Positions 26,404-35,629 of a stretch of 50,248 bases of DNA are shown piece after piece. How positions within the stretch are numbered: position 1 is the first letter of the stretch; each line of letters starts with the position of its first letter. The stretch is from a virus (lineage: Duplodnaviria > Caudoviricetes): positions 1 through 50,248 of the IMG/VR virus record IMGVR_UViG_3300022200_000065; one strand, given 5' to 3'. Position numbers and translations under genes: made by a program. A model generated the notes under the pieces. It saw only the letters and a list, made by a program, of their open reading frames with translations. It made no database searches and was not told the origin of the DNA.

Positions 26404-28473
26404 ATGTCCATTACATTCCCGGCAAAGCGTAAAACAGAATGGCCCTGGCCAAACGATTACGGCTACGATGAAGAATCATACCCAAACTTTTACAGTCTTG
26501 CTGCAAGGCATATTCAGACAAATGCACTTTACGTTTTCGAGATTAGCGACTGGCGGGATGACACTGACGCATTGATAAACTGGATGTACTGGTTACATCA
26601 GAATAAATGCAGGATGCTTGGTTTTAATAATGTTGGTTATGATTACCTGTTGATGCACTTTATTTTTATGAATTGCAAAGCCTGGGGAAGTTATAGCGGT
26701 AGTCAAAAGGCTTACATGATTTACCAATATTCAGCAAACCTTTTTAAAGGTGAAAACGAAACTGAAGATGGATACCGTGAAAGACGTTACAAAACGTCAA
26801 TCAGACCTAAAGATGTGATTATTCCACAAATTGATTTATTCAAGATTTACCACTTTGACAACCAGGCCAAAAATACCAGTTTAAAAGTTTTACAAATCAA
26901 CATGAGGTCGAAGAACGTTAGAGATTTACCAATTCCACCAGGTACACGAATTACTGCTGAACAAAGGCCGGTGTTGCTTTTGTACAACGTTAACGATACT
27001 GATGAAACCATTGGGTTTGCAATGTTCAGCGTTGACGAAATAAAGCTGCGGGAAACCATGTCAGCCAAGTTTGGTATTGATATGACCAACTTCAGTGAGG
27101 GTAAAATGGGTGAAGAAATAATCAGGCTGCAGCTGAATAACGCTGGCCTGAACACCCGAGGCAAAACACCAAGGGCGTCGATTGCACTTCGTGATGTAAT
27201 TTTTCCGTATATCAGATTCAATCACCCCGAGTTTCAACGAGTTCACCAATTCTTACTGGGTGAAGTGATCACTAAAACCAAACTAGACAAAAAGGACGAT
27301 GACACTGAAGGTTACCCATGTGCTGTAATCAATGGGTTTGGTTGGCAGTTTGGTCGTGGTGGTATGCACGCTTCTGTTTTAAGTTCGATTATCAAAGCTG
27401 ACGATTATTACGAAATTATTGACATTGACGTTATCAGCTTTTACCCGAGAACCAGCATCGTCAACAAGACTTACCCAGCACACTTAGGGCCGCAATTCTG
27501 TGAAGAATACGACGGTGTTTTCACAATGCGTGGCCAATACCCTAAAGATAAATTTCCGATGGAAAACTTGGCACTGAAATATTCTTTGAACGTACCTTAT
27601 GGTAAGTCAAACAGCCCGTTTAGCTTTCTCTATGACCCACAGTACACAATGACTACGACGATCAACTGTCAATTATTGATTTGTATGTTGGGTGAATGGT
27701 TAATGCAAATACCAGACATCAGTTTTATTCAGGTGAACACAGACGGTATCACATTCAAGGTACCACGTGTTTTCCGTGGTCATGTTGAAAGTATTTGTAA
27801 AGCTTGGGAACAGTTCACCTGTCTGGAACTCGAATACGCTTTTTATCAGGCTATGTATATTCGTGATGTAAACAACTACATTGCCCACGCTGTTAACGGT
27901 AAAATCAAAAGCAAAGGTGCCTATGTTCACAAGGAAATCCCGTGGCACAAAGACCACAGCAGCGTAATTATTGCAAGGGCTGTTGAAGGGTATTTGTTAC
28001 GTGGTGAAGATGTTGTACAGCAAATTATGGCTTGTCGTGACCCGTTTGATTTCATGATCAAGGCCAAGGTACCACGGTCATCAAAACTTATGATGTTTAA
28101 CCAAGATGGAACCAGAACGGAACTACAGAACACCACCAGATATTATGTTGCTGTTAGTGGTGGTCGTCTGGTTAAAATCATGCCACCAACACCGGCAATG
28201 CGTGAACACTGGAATACCGGCACCCATTACATCAGGCACCGTGACCAGGATTACAAGGTTGTGAAACCTGATGGTAAACGTCCTGCTAAAACTTATGACC
28301 TGGTGCCACTGAATCAGATAGCACCCGAACCCTACGACCGGGAGATTTCATTGGGTAGTAAATGGCTGGCTGCAGACTGTGCCAATGTTGATGATTTCAA
28401 TTGGTCAAACCTGAATTACAACTATTATATCGAAGAAGCACGCAAATTAATTGACCCACTGTTAGAACAGTGA
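26404..28473 (+). CDS. Family B DNA polymerase with 3'-5' exonuclease domain
   Basis: YDEE, GFN...YD, YN.ND exonuclease motifs; DVISFYP, K..LN..YG and NTDG polymerase motifs. Confidence 0.93.
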   Translation: MSITFPAKRKTEWPWPNDYGYDEESYPNFYSLAARHIQTNALYVFEISDWRDDTDALINWMYWLHQNKCRMLGFNNVGYDYLLMHFIFMNCKAWGSYSGSQKAYMIYQYSANLFKGENETEDGYRERRYKTSIRPKDVIIPQIDLFKIYHFDNQAKNTSLKVLQINMRSKNVRDLPIPPGTRITAEQRPVLLLYNVNDTDETIGFAMFSVDEIKLRETMSAKFGIDMTNFSEGKMGEEIIRLQLNNAGLNTRGKTPRASIALRDVIFPYIRFNHPEFQRVHQFLLGEVITKTKLDKKDDDTEGYPCAVINGFGWQFGRGGMHASVLSSIIKADDYYEIIDIDVISFYPRTSIVNKTYPAHLGPQFCEEYDGVFTMRGQYPKDKFPMENLALKYSLNVPYGKSNSPFSFLYDPQYTMTTTINCQLLICMLGEWLMQIPDISFIQVNTDGITFKVPRVFRGHVESICKAWEQFTCLELEYAFYQAMYIRDVNNYIAHAVNGKIKSKGAYVHKEIPWHKDHSSVIIARAVEGYLLRGEDVVQQIMACRDPFDFMIKAKVPRSSKLMMFNQDGTRTELQNTTRYYVAVSGGRLVKIMPPTPAMREHWNTGTHYIRHRDQDYKVVKPDGKRPAKTYDLVPLNQIAPEPYDREISLGSKWLAADCANVDDFNWSNLNYNYYIEEARKLIDPLLEQ

Positions 28474-28491
28474 TTATACTGTTGCAACAGT
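28451..28491 (+). promoter_or_regulatory. Promoter of the Phd-like gene with two operator-like palindromes
   Basis: TTGACC-18 bp-TATACT; ACTGTTAGAACAGT at 28458 and perfect ACTGTTGCAACAGT at 28478. Confidence 0.75.
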
Positions 28492-28507
28492 CAGTGAGGG
28501 TTAGACG

Positions 28508-28735
28508 ATGATCATTAAAGGTTTGAAGTATGCAAGGGCAAGGTTTACCGAATTGGTGGACGCTGCGCGTGATGGTAACGAGTCCATTTTTATTGAAATG
28601 GGCAACAGTCGTAAACTGAATGTAGGTTACAAACTGGTGAAAATGACACCTGAAGAATTGACCGAAGCAGTGAAACAGCATCCTGAACTTTGCATACCGA
28701 AACCAGGTCTACCACAACCGAAGGTATTAATATGA
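28508..28735 (+). CDS. Phd/YefM-family antitoxin-like DNA-binding protein (orphan)
   Basis: ARARFTELVDAARDGNESIFI matches the Phd/YefM N-terminal pattern (AR..L..L.D.V..GE...I); GAGGG RBS. Confidence 0.65.
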   Translation: MIIKGLKYARARFTELVDAARDGNESIFIEMGNSRKLNVGYKLVKMTPEELTEAVKQHPELCIPKPGLPQPKVLI

Positions 28736-29028
28736 AATGTGATTGCCCTGGTTGTGTTCGAGAAAGAAAAGGCTTAGGTGGTTATCAACCATGTAGCAAA
28801 TCACCTAAGTTATCCAACCCACCACAAAACAAAGGAAACATTATGACTACTACTGTAATTGTTCAGGCGCATTGTGCCAGTGATAAAGAAGTTATCGTGA
28901 CTATCGAAGGTCTTAACGACGGGGATGGTAATGACACTGTGAAAGTGTTGCAGGACGGCGAGACTTACCAAAACGTTGTTTTCGATGACCGGGTTATTTC
29001 CATCTGTGAACAGTACAAAGCTGATTAA
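28732..29028 (+). CDS. Hypothetical protein (start 28732 or 28843)
   Basis: ATG 28732 overlaps the upstream stop; ATG 28843 has an AAGGA RBS. Confidence 0.65.
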   Translation: MKCDCPGCVRERKGLGGYQPCSKSPKLSNPPQNKGNIMTTTVIVQAHCASDKEVIVTIEGLNDGDGNDTVKVLQDGETYQNVVFDDRVISICEQYKAD

Positions 29029-29035
29029 TTTAGTC

Positions 29036-29075
29036 GCCCCAGGTAAACTATCCCTGTAAGACCTGGGGCATTTTT
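29036..29075 (+). terminator. Intrinsic terminator at the convergence of replication and late operons
   Basis: GCCCCAGGT/ACCTGGGGC 9-bp stem followed by ATTTTT. Confidence 0.75.
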
Positions 29076-29536
29076 CAAGCGTGTCGTGATACCTTTTCGA
29101 TGTACTTTTCAACAGTACCTTTACCTAACTCAGTGTTGTAATACTTTTTCCAATACCGAGCACGACCTTCCACACTGTCTGGAATTTCTTCGGGAATTAA
29201 CATCAGTTTCAACCGGGTCATTGCCAGAGCTAACAATGGGTCATACGCTAAATCTGCCAGCTGCAGTTTGTCCAAATCATACCCGAGCATATCTTTCAGG
29301 CGTTGTTTGTTTTTCGGCCTTGTGCGCTGCTGTACGTCGTCAAAACCAATCTGGTCGAACTGGGTCAGACCGACACCGAGTTTGTCAGGGTGTGCGTCAG
29401 GATATTCACCACTGTTCGTTTCAACAGCAGCAAATTCAATTAGCGCACGAGTGACGTTATACCCGCCGCCGAATACAGAAACAACCTTGCGGGAAAATAC
29501 AGCAATATCCGATTTCATTTTTAATCCGTAGTTCAT
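29075..29536 (-). CDS. Putative endolysin (lysozyme/transglycosylase-like fold)
   Basis: AAVET..G catalytic-Glu context, G.GLTQFD and YWKKYYNT..GKG; end of the late operon. Confidence 0.65.
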   Translation of the reverse strand: MNYGLKMKSDIAVFSRKVVSVFGGGYNVTRALIEFAAVETNSGEYPDAHPDKLGVGLTQFDQIGFDDVQQRTRPKNKQRLKDMLGYDLDKLQLADLAYDPLLALAMTRLKLMLIPEEIPDSVEGRARYWKKYYNTELGKGTVEKYIEKVSRHA

Positions 29537-29745
29537 ATATCAATCACCCCGTGCGCTAATGTTGACGCGGTGCCTATCACCATTGCGTCCTGAACATAAA
29601 CATAACTATTAACAGTGCCGGTGCCGATAGCATTAAACACAAAACCGCTATCAGTTGTTACCGTTACCGTACCGTCACCGTTTACTTGGGTGACTTTGAC
29701 AATCATCCTGGCTGGTAATAAAGCGTTGCGTAGCTCTTTAAGCAT
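29533..29745 (-). CDS. Small tail-tip-associated protein, OB-fold-like (70 aa)
   Basis: Beta-rich, follows the central tail gene. Confidence 0.6.
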   Translation of the reverse strand: MLKELRNALLPARMIVKVTQVNGDGTVTVTTDSGFVFNAIGTGTVNSYVYVQDAMVIGTASTLAHGVIDI

Positions 29746-29750
29746 CGTTG

Positions 29751-31526
29751 CTACTCCATGTGCCTGACAAGATTTGCAGTTTGTGTAACATCAATATCAC
29801 CGTCACTGTTTACACTGGCAGTAATACTCACACTATCACAAGTTGCTTTATACACCTCACCGAAATATGTAACACCAATCAGCATACCCTTAACCAAAGG
29901 TGGTAGATCATCCATGACCGGTAAAGACACTGTGACACGTTCTTTTTTACCGGTATCAACAATTTTTGCAGTACCAACTAATCTGGCTGCTGTATCAGTG
30001 ACGATCAAAGAATTGCTAACGTCTGACGTAGGTATGTTTCCAGCTGTGCCTGTGCGCCTCACATGACGACTAACGCCTTGTTGTTCACCACGAACCCAGC
30101 ACGAGTCACAAAGTTGATTTAGTTCGTCACGTGCACTGTATGTAATAATTACAGCATCGTGAATGTTAATATCGGAGACTTCGGTACCCATGTTCCAAGG
30201 TGTGACCGGCCAACGAGGAACCACATTAATTACTGATGTAAATTCATCCGGTATCAGGATGCAACCAACCATATCAGCAATTTCATTTACTGATTCTATA
30301 GGTGCTTTACCGGTGATGCTAAAAACACCTGCAGGTATGTTAAAATCCAGAAATCCAATAAGTTGAACAGACCAACCAGTACCTGTAAGTATATCGCCCA
30401 TAATCCCCGCTAACGAACGATCTACGTTATTGCTATAGCTGACCAGCGATTTTAAGGGTGACGCTATCTGTGCTATTCTGCTGCGGCATGACGCTGAATA
30501 TTGTGACCGCCCAAACGACTGTGATCGGGTAATTTCTTCAGGTAACAAATAAAAATCATAACCGTTAATTTCAACCAGTAACAGATTATTAATTGCGTTA
30601 TCTGCATCACCTTTACTTGAAAAGTCAATACTACCACTTGCTGTGAACTGACCTCGACTATTTGATATCGAAACGGAATCAACAACAATCGGTGTGCCGT
30701 CCGACACTCGGGTAACAATTAACGTTGGTTGCATTAAATATGCCCTTCTTATCTGCGGTTCGATAGGTACTTTAAAATCAAAGTTTGGTAATTGACCACC
30801 ACCATCCAACGAACCACCACCATCATCGTAGTAGCAAAATTCTTCAGATGGTGTAAATCTAATAATTGCTGGGTTAGTCGGTGTAACTAACAAATTACTA
30901 AATCGAATTGTGACTTTGCCGATTGCTGGTCTGTAATTCGTGCTACAAATCCAGCGTGGTTTATGTGGCCCATAGAATATATTGTATTCCACTTCATCTT
31001 GGTCACTACCACTTCGCCATATAACATTTAAATCGACATGCTTTGGGTGCAGTGATGATTCAAAATTAATTTTAGTTAGCGTTTCATGTTTTATTAACTT
31101 TGACTGCCAATAACAATCTATTCTGTTTTCCTTTTGTGGAGGTATTAACCAGCTTGTTTTTGTTTCAGTACAGTAAAGATTAGTAATATGCCATGCAGGG
31201 TGTATTAATTGTTCCACTAAAGATGTGTCGATATATGTCAAATTAAATACAGTGTCATGCCACCCCATAACTTGCCAAGGAATGTTTAGTTGATTCCCAA
31301 CCTTAGCCAAACCTGTATAAGCAATTGATATATCATTTCCTCTACGAAATAACGACCAATTTAATAATATACCAACCTCATGATCTAAAGTATCGGAAAA
31401 ATCAACACTTGTAACAATACCAATCTGACCCCAATCAAACGGGATGGTAGGTATTGGTTCAAACCGCAATGTGATCGGTATTGTTGTATTTTCAACAAGT
31501 GTAGAAAATCTTAACTCAATTGTCAT
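29751..31526 (-). CDS. Tail tip / hub-like protein
   Basis: Size, position and beta-rich hub-like C-terminal half. Confidence 0.65.
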   Translation of the reverse strand: MTIELRFSTLVENTTIPITLRFEPIPTIPFDWGQIGIVTSVDFSDTLDHEVGILLNWSLFRRGNDISIAYTGLAKVGNQLNIPWQVMGWHDTVFNLTYIDTSLVEQLIHPAWHITNLYCTETKTSWLIPPQKENRIDCYWQSKLIKHETLTKINFESSLHPKHVDLNVIWRSGSDQDEVEYNIFYGPHKPRWICSTNYRPAIGKVTIRFSNLLVTPTNPAIIRFTPSEEFCYYDDGGGSLDGGGQLPNFDFKVPIEPQIRRAYLMQPTLIVTRVSDGTPIVVDSVSISNSRGQFTASGSIDFSSKGDADNAINNLLLVEINGYDFYLLPEEITRSQSFGRSQYSASCRSRIAQIASPLKSLVSYSNNVDRSLAGIMGDILTGTGWSVQLIGFLDFNIPAGVFSITGKAPIESVNEIADMVGCILIPDEFTSVINVVPRWPVTPWNMGTEVSDINIHDAVIITYSARDELNQLCDSCWVRGEQQGVSRHVRRTGTAGNIPTSDVSNSLIVTDTAARLVGTAKIVDTGKKERVTVSLPVMDDLPPLVKGMLIGVTYFGEVYKATCDSVSITASVNSDGDIDVTQTANLVRHME

Positions 31527-31831
31527 GGATTTAGCACTACAGTTCTTGCATCAACGAGTTCAGCTTGAATCTTATCAGCACCGGCTAAGTTATACGATGG
31601 TTCGCCTAAGTCATCAAATATAAGCGCAAACAAATCAAACCCAACAGTGTATTGAAAAGGTACAATAAATCTCACTGTGTTTGAACCTGGTTTAAATCCG
31701 GCCCTTATTACATTCATACTTTTGCGGTCGAATACAGCATATCTTTCAGCAGCAGGGTCAATATCAACTTCAACAACTCCACGATGTACTGGGTTTGGGT
31801 ATTGTTGTTCAAATATTACCAAATGGGTCAT
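31523..31831 (-). CDS. Tail-associated protein (~102 aa)
   Basis: ORF track gives 31523..31876; ATG 31831 is the likelier start. Confidence 0.6.
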   Translation of the reverse strand: MTHLVIFEQQYPNPVHRGVVEVDIDPAAERYAVFDRKSMNVIRAGFKPGSNTVRFIVPFQYTVGFDLFALIFDDLGEPSYNLAGADKIQAELVDARTVVLNP

Positions 31832-32828
31832 TCCACTGCTCCATATTAATAAACGCGCCAGCTGAAGTATAACCACCCTGTATAAAACTTCTTAATAACC
31901 AGTGTAAATTACCATTGATTGATTTAGTAAATGGCCAAGTAGTATTTTGATAACCTACTTTTAAACTATAACCATACCCAGGTAGTGTACCTCTAATAGT
32001 AGGTGATAACGTACTATCTCTGACGCTTACGTTTGACCTATCAACAGCTGTAGACGTAATGGCCATGTTTGTTATCCAAAAAAAAGCAGGCATTAATATT
32101 TCATTTGATGTAGGTTCTGATAAAACTACAGAGTTGGTAATACCACCAGTATTACCTGGGTAAAGTATATTCAGAGTATAATCCCTGGAACCGTTAAACC
32201 CATCAGCATCATAAATTTTAAAAGGTGTTCTAACCAATGAGTCGTTAGCTGCTCTCATGTAGTACAAAGAATCTTCAGAAGCAGATGAAGAAAATGTTGC
32301 ATTCCAAAAAGATGAAAACGCTATGAAACGACCGGCATCAGATGGTATTGAAGAATAAAAATCACCGATGTAAGCAGCAGTACCAAAGTTAGACGGCCCT
32401 GTCATTTTTAAGGTTGGTGTACTTTGGTCGATGGTTAGATAAAAACCAATTGTGGTGCCTATGATAACCCAACGAGTCATATTAGTACCTAACCAAACAG
32501 ATTGAACATTACCTTGACCAAAAAAAGTATTAATATCACTTACAGTTTGTGCATAAGTTAAACGCATTGGGGTGTTATTAGCATCGGCAGCTGTATTGCT
32601 ATAAAGTTTTACATAACCACCAGAACCACCAACAGCAGGGTTATTTCTAAATATAACAGATTGTGTTGCCGGTTCATAAAACGGCATAGTCCAGCCTAGT
32701 GGTGATTTTGAACCATAGCCGGTAACTAAACACTTGTTAAGAATATCAATCAATTCCGACGGTTTACCGTTTGTTAATTGCGGTGCACCTGGGTCATCCC
32801 ATCTATACACTGTTACAGCTTGGCTCAT
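31809..32828 (-). CDS. Tail fibre / receptor-binding protein
   Basis: N-terminal D.GAPQL...L..CLV.GYG...GW module typical of phage tail proteins. Confidence 0.7.
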   Translation of the reverse strand: MSQAVTVYRWDDPGAPQLTNGKPSELIDILNKCLVTGYGSKSPLGWTMPFYEPATQSVIFRNNPAVGGSGGYVKLYSNTAADANNTPMRLTYAQTVSDINTFFGQGNVQSVWLGTNMTRWVIIGTTIGFYLTIDQSTPTLKMTGPSNFGTAAYIGDFYSSIPSDAGRFIAFSSFWNATFSSSASEDSLYYMRAANDSLVRTPFKIYDADGFNGSRDYTLNILYPGNTGGITNSVVLSEPTSNEILMPAFFWITNMAITSTAVDRSNVSVRDSTLSPTIRGTLPGYGYSLKVGYQNTTWPFTKSINGNLHWLLRSFIQGGYTSAGAFINMEQWNDPFGNI

Positions 32829-35248
32829 GCTTCGTTACCTCGGAAACTAATTAATGCTCGGTCTGTTGTGATCTGACTATGACCTGATTCAACAACTCGA
32901 ACCAGCATAATTGGTCGTGATGCTGCAAATGTTTCAAACCGGATTGCTTCACCGGCTGACCAACCACCACCAAACGCCTCTTGCCGAATTATAAAATAAG
33001 GTTCACCAACAACATTGTTGATGGGTACAAAGTCATTTAGTGTGTCACCTGTGGCCACCTGACCAATATTTTTACCGACTAGCCGAAACGCTGTACCAGT
33101 AGTAAATATTATTACCCAATCCTCATTAATCGCACCAGCGTTACTAACCTCAATAGGGTAAGCTGCTGTATTTAAATTTGCTGTTGCAGCAGTACCATCA
33201 ATGTCCCAATTATTACCCCAGCTTGTCATATCCCGAACAAGACCAACCACAGCTTGTAAATCACCTAAATTCTGAACACTAGCAACCGTTGACCCAGCAG
33301 GGTATGTACGGGTTAATTCAGACGCTAACAACAAAGAATCAGTGTTTACATTAGCAACTAAACCAAGTTCACCAATAGTATCAACCAGGGTAAATGGTGC
33401 AGTAAACCCAGGGAATGAACTGTTAATGGTTACTGTGCCTGCGTCAAGGTCAACAGTAAAATGAGTGTTACCAACTGTCCACAAACTTACATTATTTGCA
33501 TCTGTGATATCAGCAAATCTTGCATTTGTTCTAATTGTTTTTACCTGTGCTGGTGCCGGTGACGCTACAACCTGAAACTGACTGTGTTGAATAGCAACAA
33601 CACCCCATTTTTGAAATACACTAACTGTGCCGCCTGTTGGCATCCTCAAAGGGTCAAGACCAAATATGCTGGCTGGTGGTAACGTTTTATAAATATCAAT
33701 TACGTCATAAACCAAGGTGCTCAAATCAACAGCTGATGAAAAAGTTAGACTAACTACACCGTTAACTATTGTACCTGTTATCCCTGTACCAGCTATATCC
33801 CCTAAATTATCAGAACTACCACTTAATAAGGTACCAACGAGATTAACAACACGTACGTTGAACGAATCTAATCGGGGGTTTGAAAACGGTAATGCAAAAG
33901 AAAAATTTGATTCACCGTTTAAAAAACTAACTAGTGATGTAAATTGGAATGCTGAAAACGATGCTGATGCTGCAATAAAATTACCAGTCGTATAATTGAA
34001 AGTACCAGCTAAAATGTATTCAAAAGTTGGTGCACCTAAATAAATATAGAATGCGTCATCTTCTTCATAACATGAAACCCTGGAACCGTTGTAAACAATA
34101 CTGCTGTTAACTGTATTTTTAACAATTATCATGTCATCTGGTACAGGGTCAACATAACTATGGTTTAGATACGTGGTATTCGAAAGATAGGATAATGTGA
34201 TTGGTGTACCGACAACAGGCGCATTAGTAAGCGTTACTGAAACAGTACCAGAACCAATAGTCATACCTGCATTAGAGTAAACAGCATTACCAGAACCAGT
34301 ATTTACAGTGTACGTTACGATAGGTCGATAACTAATTTTAGCTGACCCAACAGCTAATAATGATGGGACGGTAAATAAGTAAGTTCTTGCAATTGTTGCT
34401 GTTAATATTGCTGACTTAGTAACTAATCGTGAGCCATCACCCGGCACCTGATTAGAATACGGGTATTGTACTGGTACAGTGGGTATTATTTGTTGTGTAG
34501 TAGAACCTACATCAAGTTCAATACTACCCAAAGTGGCACTAGTCTGTAACTCTTTAACACCATGATATGTTAACTGTGATACAGTGGTTGTTTTTCTAAT
34601 TTTTGTGCACCCGGATTGAGAATTAATAGAAATAGATGGTCCTGGTGTAAGCGTTTCAATGGCTGGGCTAAATGTAACAACACCATTTACAGCTAATGAT
34701 ACTCCTGTAACTTGACAAATATGTTCTAACCTGGGGTAAGTAGCACTTTCGTTACCAGTATATTCCACAGTGATCGCAATAATATCACCAACAACTAAGT
34801 AAGTTGTTATGCTTGTTCCTGATTCATTTCTAGTTAGATACTTCGATGAAAAACTATCTTGAAATGGGACGAATTCAGGACCAGCACCGTTTATCAATGC
34901 ACCAGGTTTAACAGCTGATTCAAGTATGTCAACCATTTCAGGCATACGAGTATTATCATTAAGGTCGCCTGCTTCAACAATCATTGTGGTAACTAATGGA
35001 TCAACTGGTGGGCTGCTGATAAAAATATGACCACCGATCAACTTTTCCGTACCAAGTGTGTTTAATGCCGGATAGCATTTGACGATTTCAACAGCTGATT
35101 GCGCGTGGTCAATATCTGAAATTGGGTCAAATAAATCGTTTAATAAACCAGAGGTAACTTTGTTATTGGTGCGCTGGCCACCTGATTGGTCAGTATCGCC
35201 CAACAACTCAGGTTTAAAAATAACTAGGTCGCTTCGTATGATTGTCAT
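32825..35248 (-). CDS. Minor tail protein (807 aa)
   Basis: Downstream of the tape measure; T/S/G-rich beta structure. Confidence 0.75.
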   Translation of the reverse strand: MTIIRSDLVIFKPELLGDTDQSGGQRTNNKVTSGLLNDLFDPISDIDHAQSAVEIVKCYPALNTLGTEKLIGGHIFISSPPVDPLVTTMIVEAGDLNDNTRMPEMVDILESAVKPGALINGAGPEFVPFQDSFSSKYLTRNESGTSITTYLVVGDIIAITVEYTGNESATYPRLEHICQVTGVSLAVNGVVTFSPAIETLTPGPSISINSQSGCTKIRKTTTVSQLTYHGVKELQTSATLGSIELDVGSTTQQIIPTVPVQYPYSNQVPGDGSRLVTKSAILTATIARTYLFTVPSLLAVGSAKISYRPIVTYTVNTGSGNAVYSNAGMTIGSGTVSVTLTNAPVVGTPITLSYLSNTTYLNHSYVDPVPDDMIIVKNTVNSSIVYNGSRVSCYEEDDAFYIYLGAPTFEYILAGTFNYTTGNFIAASASFSAFQFTSLVSFLNGESNFSFALPFSNPRLDSFNVRVVNLVGTLLSGSSDNLGDIAGTGITGTIVNGVVSLTFSSAVDLSTLVYDVIDIYKTLPPASIFGLDPLRMPTGGTVSVFQKWGVVAIQHSQFQVVASPAPAQVKTIRTNARFADITDANNVSLWTVGNTHFTVDLDAGTVTINSSFPGFTAPFTLVDTIGELGLVANVNTDSLLLASELTRTYPAGSTVASVQNLGDLQAVVGLVRDMTSWGNNWDIDGTAATANLNTAAYPIEVSNAGAINEDWVIIFTTGTAFRLVGKNIGQVATGDTLNDFVPINNVVGEPYFIIRQEAFGGGWSAGEAIRFETFAASRPIMLVRVVESGHSQITTDRALISFRGNEA

Positions 35249-35249
35249 T

Positions 35250-35627
35250 TTACACCGTCAGAAATTTAAGGGTTACATTTGTTAGCGTATCACAACCACC
35301 AACCACTGTGAATAAATCATCACCGGTAACAGCATCACCGGTGTTGTCCCAAATTACATCTAATTCGTCATCATTTATTTTCAATGTAAAGGGGCCAAGT
35401 GTTGTACTGTTGTGATTTTGTAATGCTTCAAAGTCTAGCCTAGTCATCCACCCAGTCAATGTACCAACGATCACAGGTAGACCGGCGACAACTGTGGTTT
35501 GTTGGACAATTAGCGCACCATTACTGGCGCGTTTACTATTGGCGAACACCTTGCGTTGTGTGTTTTTATTTAACCAGACCAGTTGTTGTATTTCTGGTTC
35601 GATTGTATCAATCATTTGATTGGACAC
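35250..35627 (-). CDS. Distal-tail-like protein
   Basis: Directly follows the tape measure gene; GALIVQ..G.P motif. Confidence 0.6.
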   Translation of the reverse strand: MSNQMIDTIEPEIQQLVWLNKNTQRKVFANSKRASNGALIVQQTTVVAGLPVIVGTLTGWMTRLDFEALQNHNSTTLGPFTLKINDDELDVIWDNTGDAVTGDDLFTVVGGCDTLTNVTLKFLTV

Positions 35628-35629
35628 CG

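Noticed and set aside
28732-29028. Cognate toxin of the Phd-like gene
   Set aside because: No Doc/Fic, RelE/YoeB or PIN motifs recognisable; toxicity is not excluded experimentally
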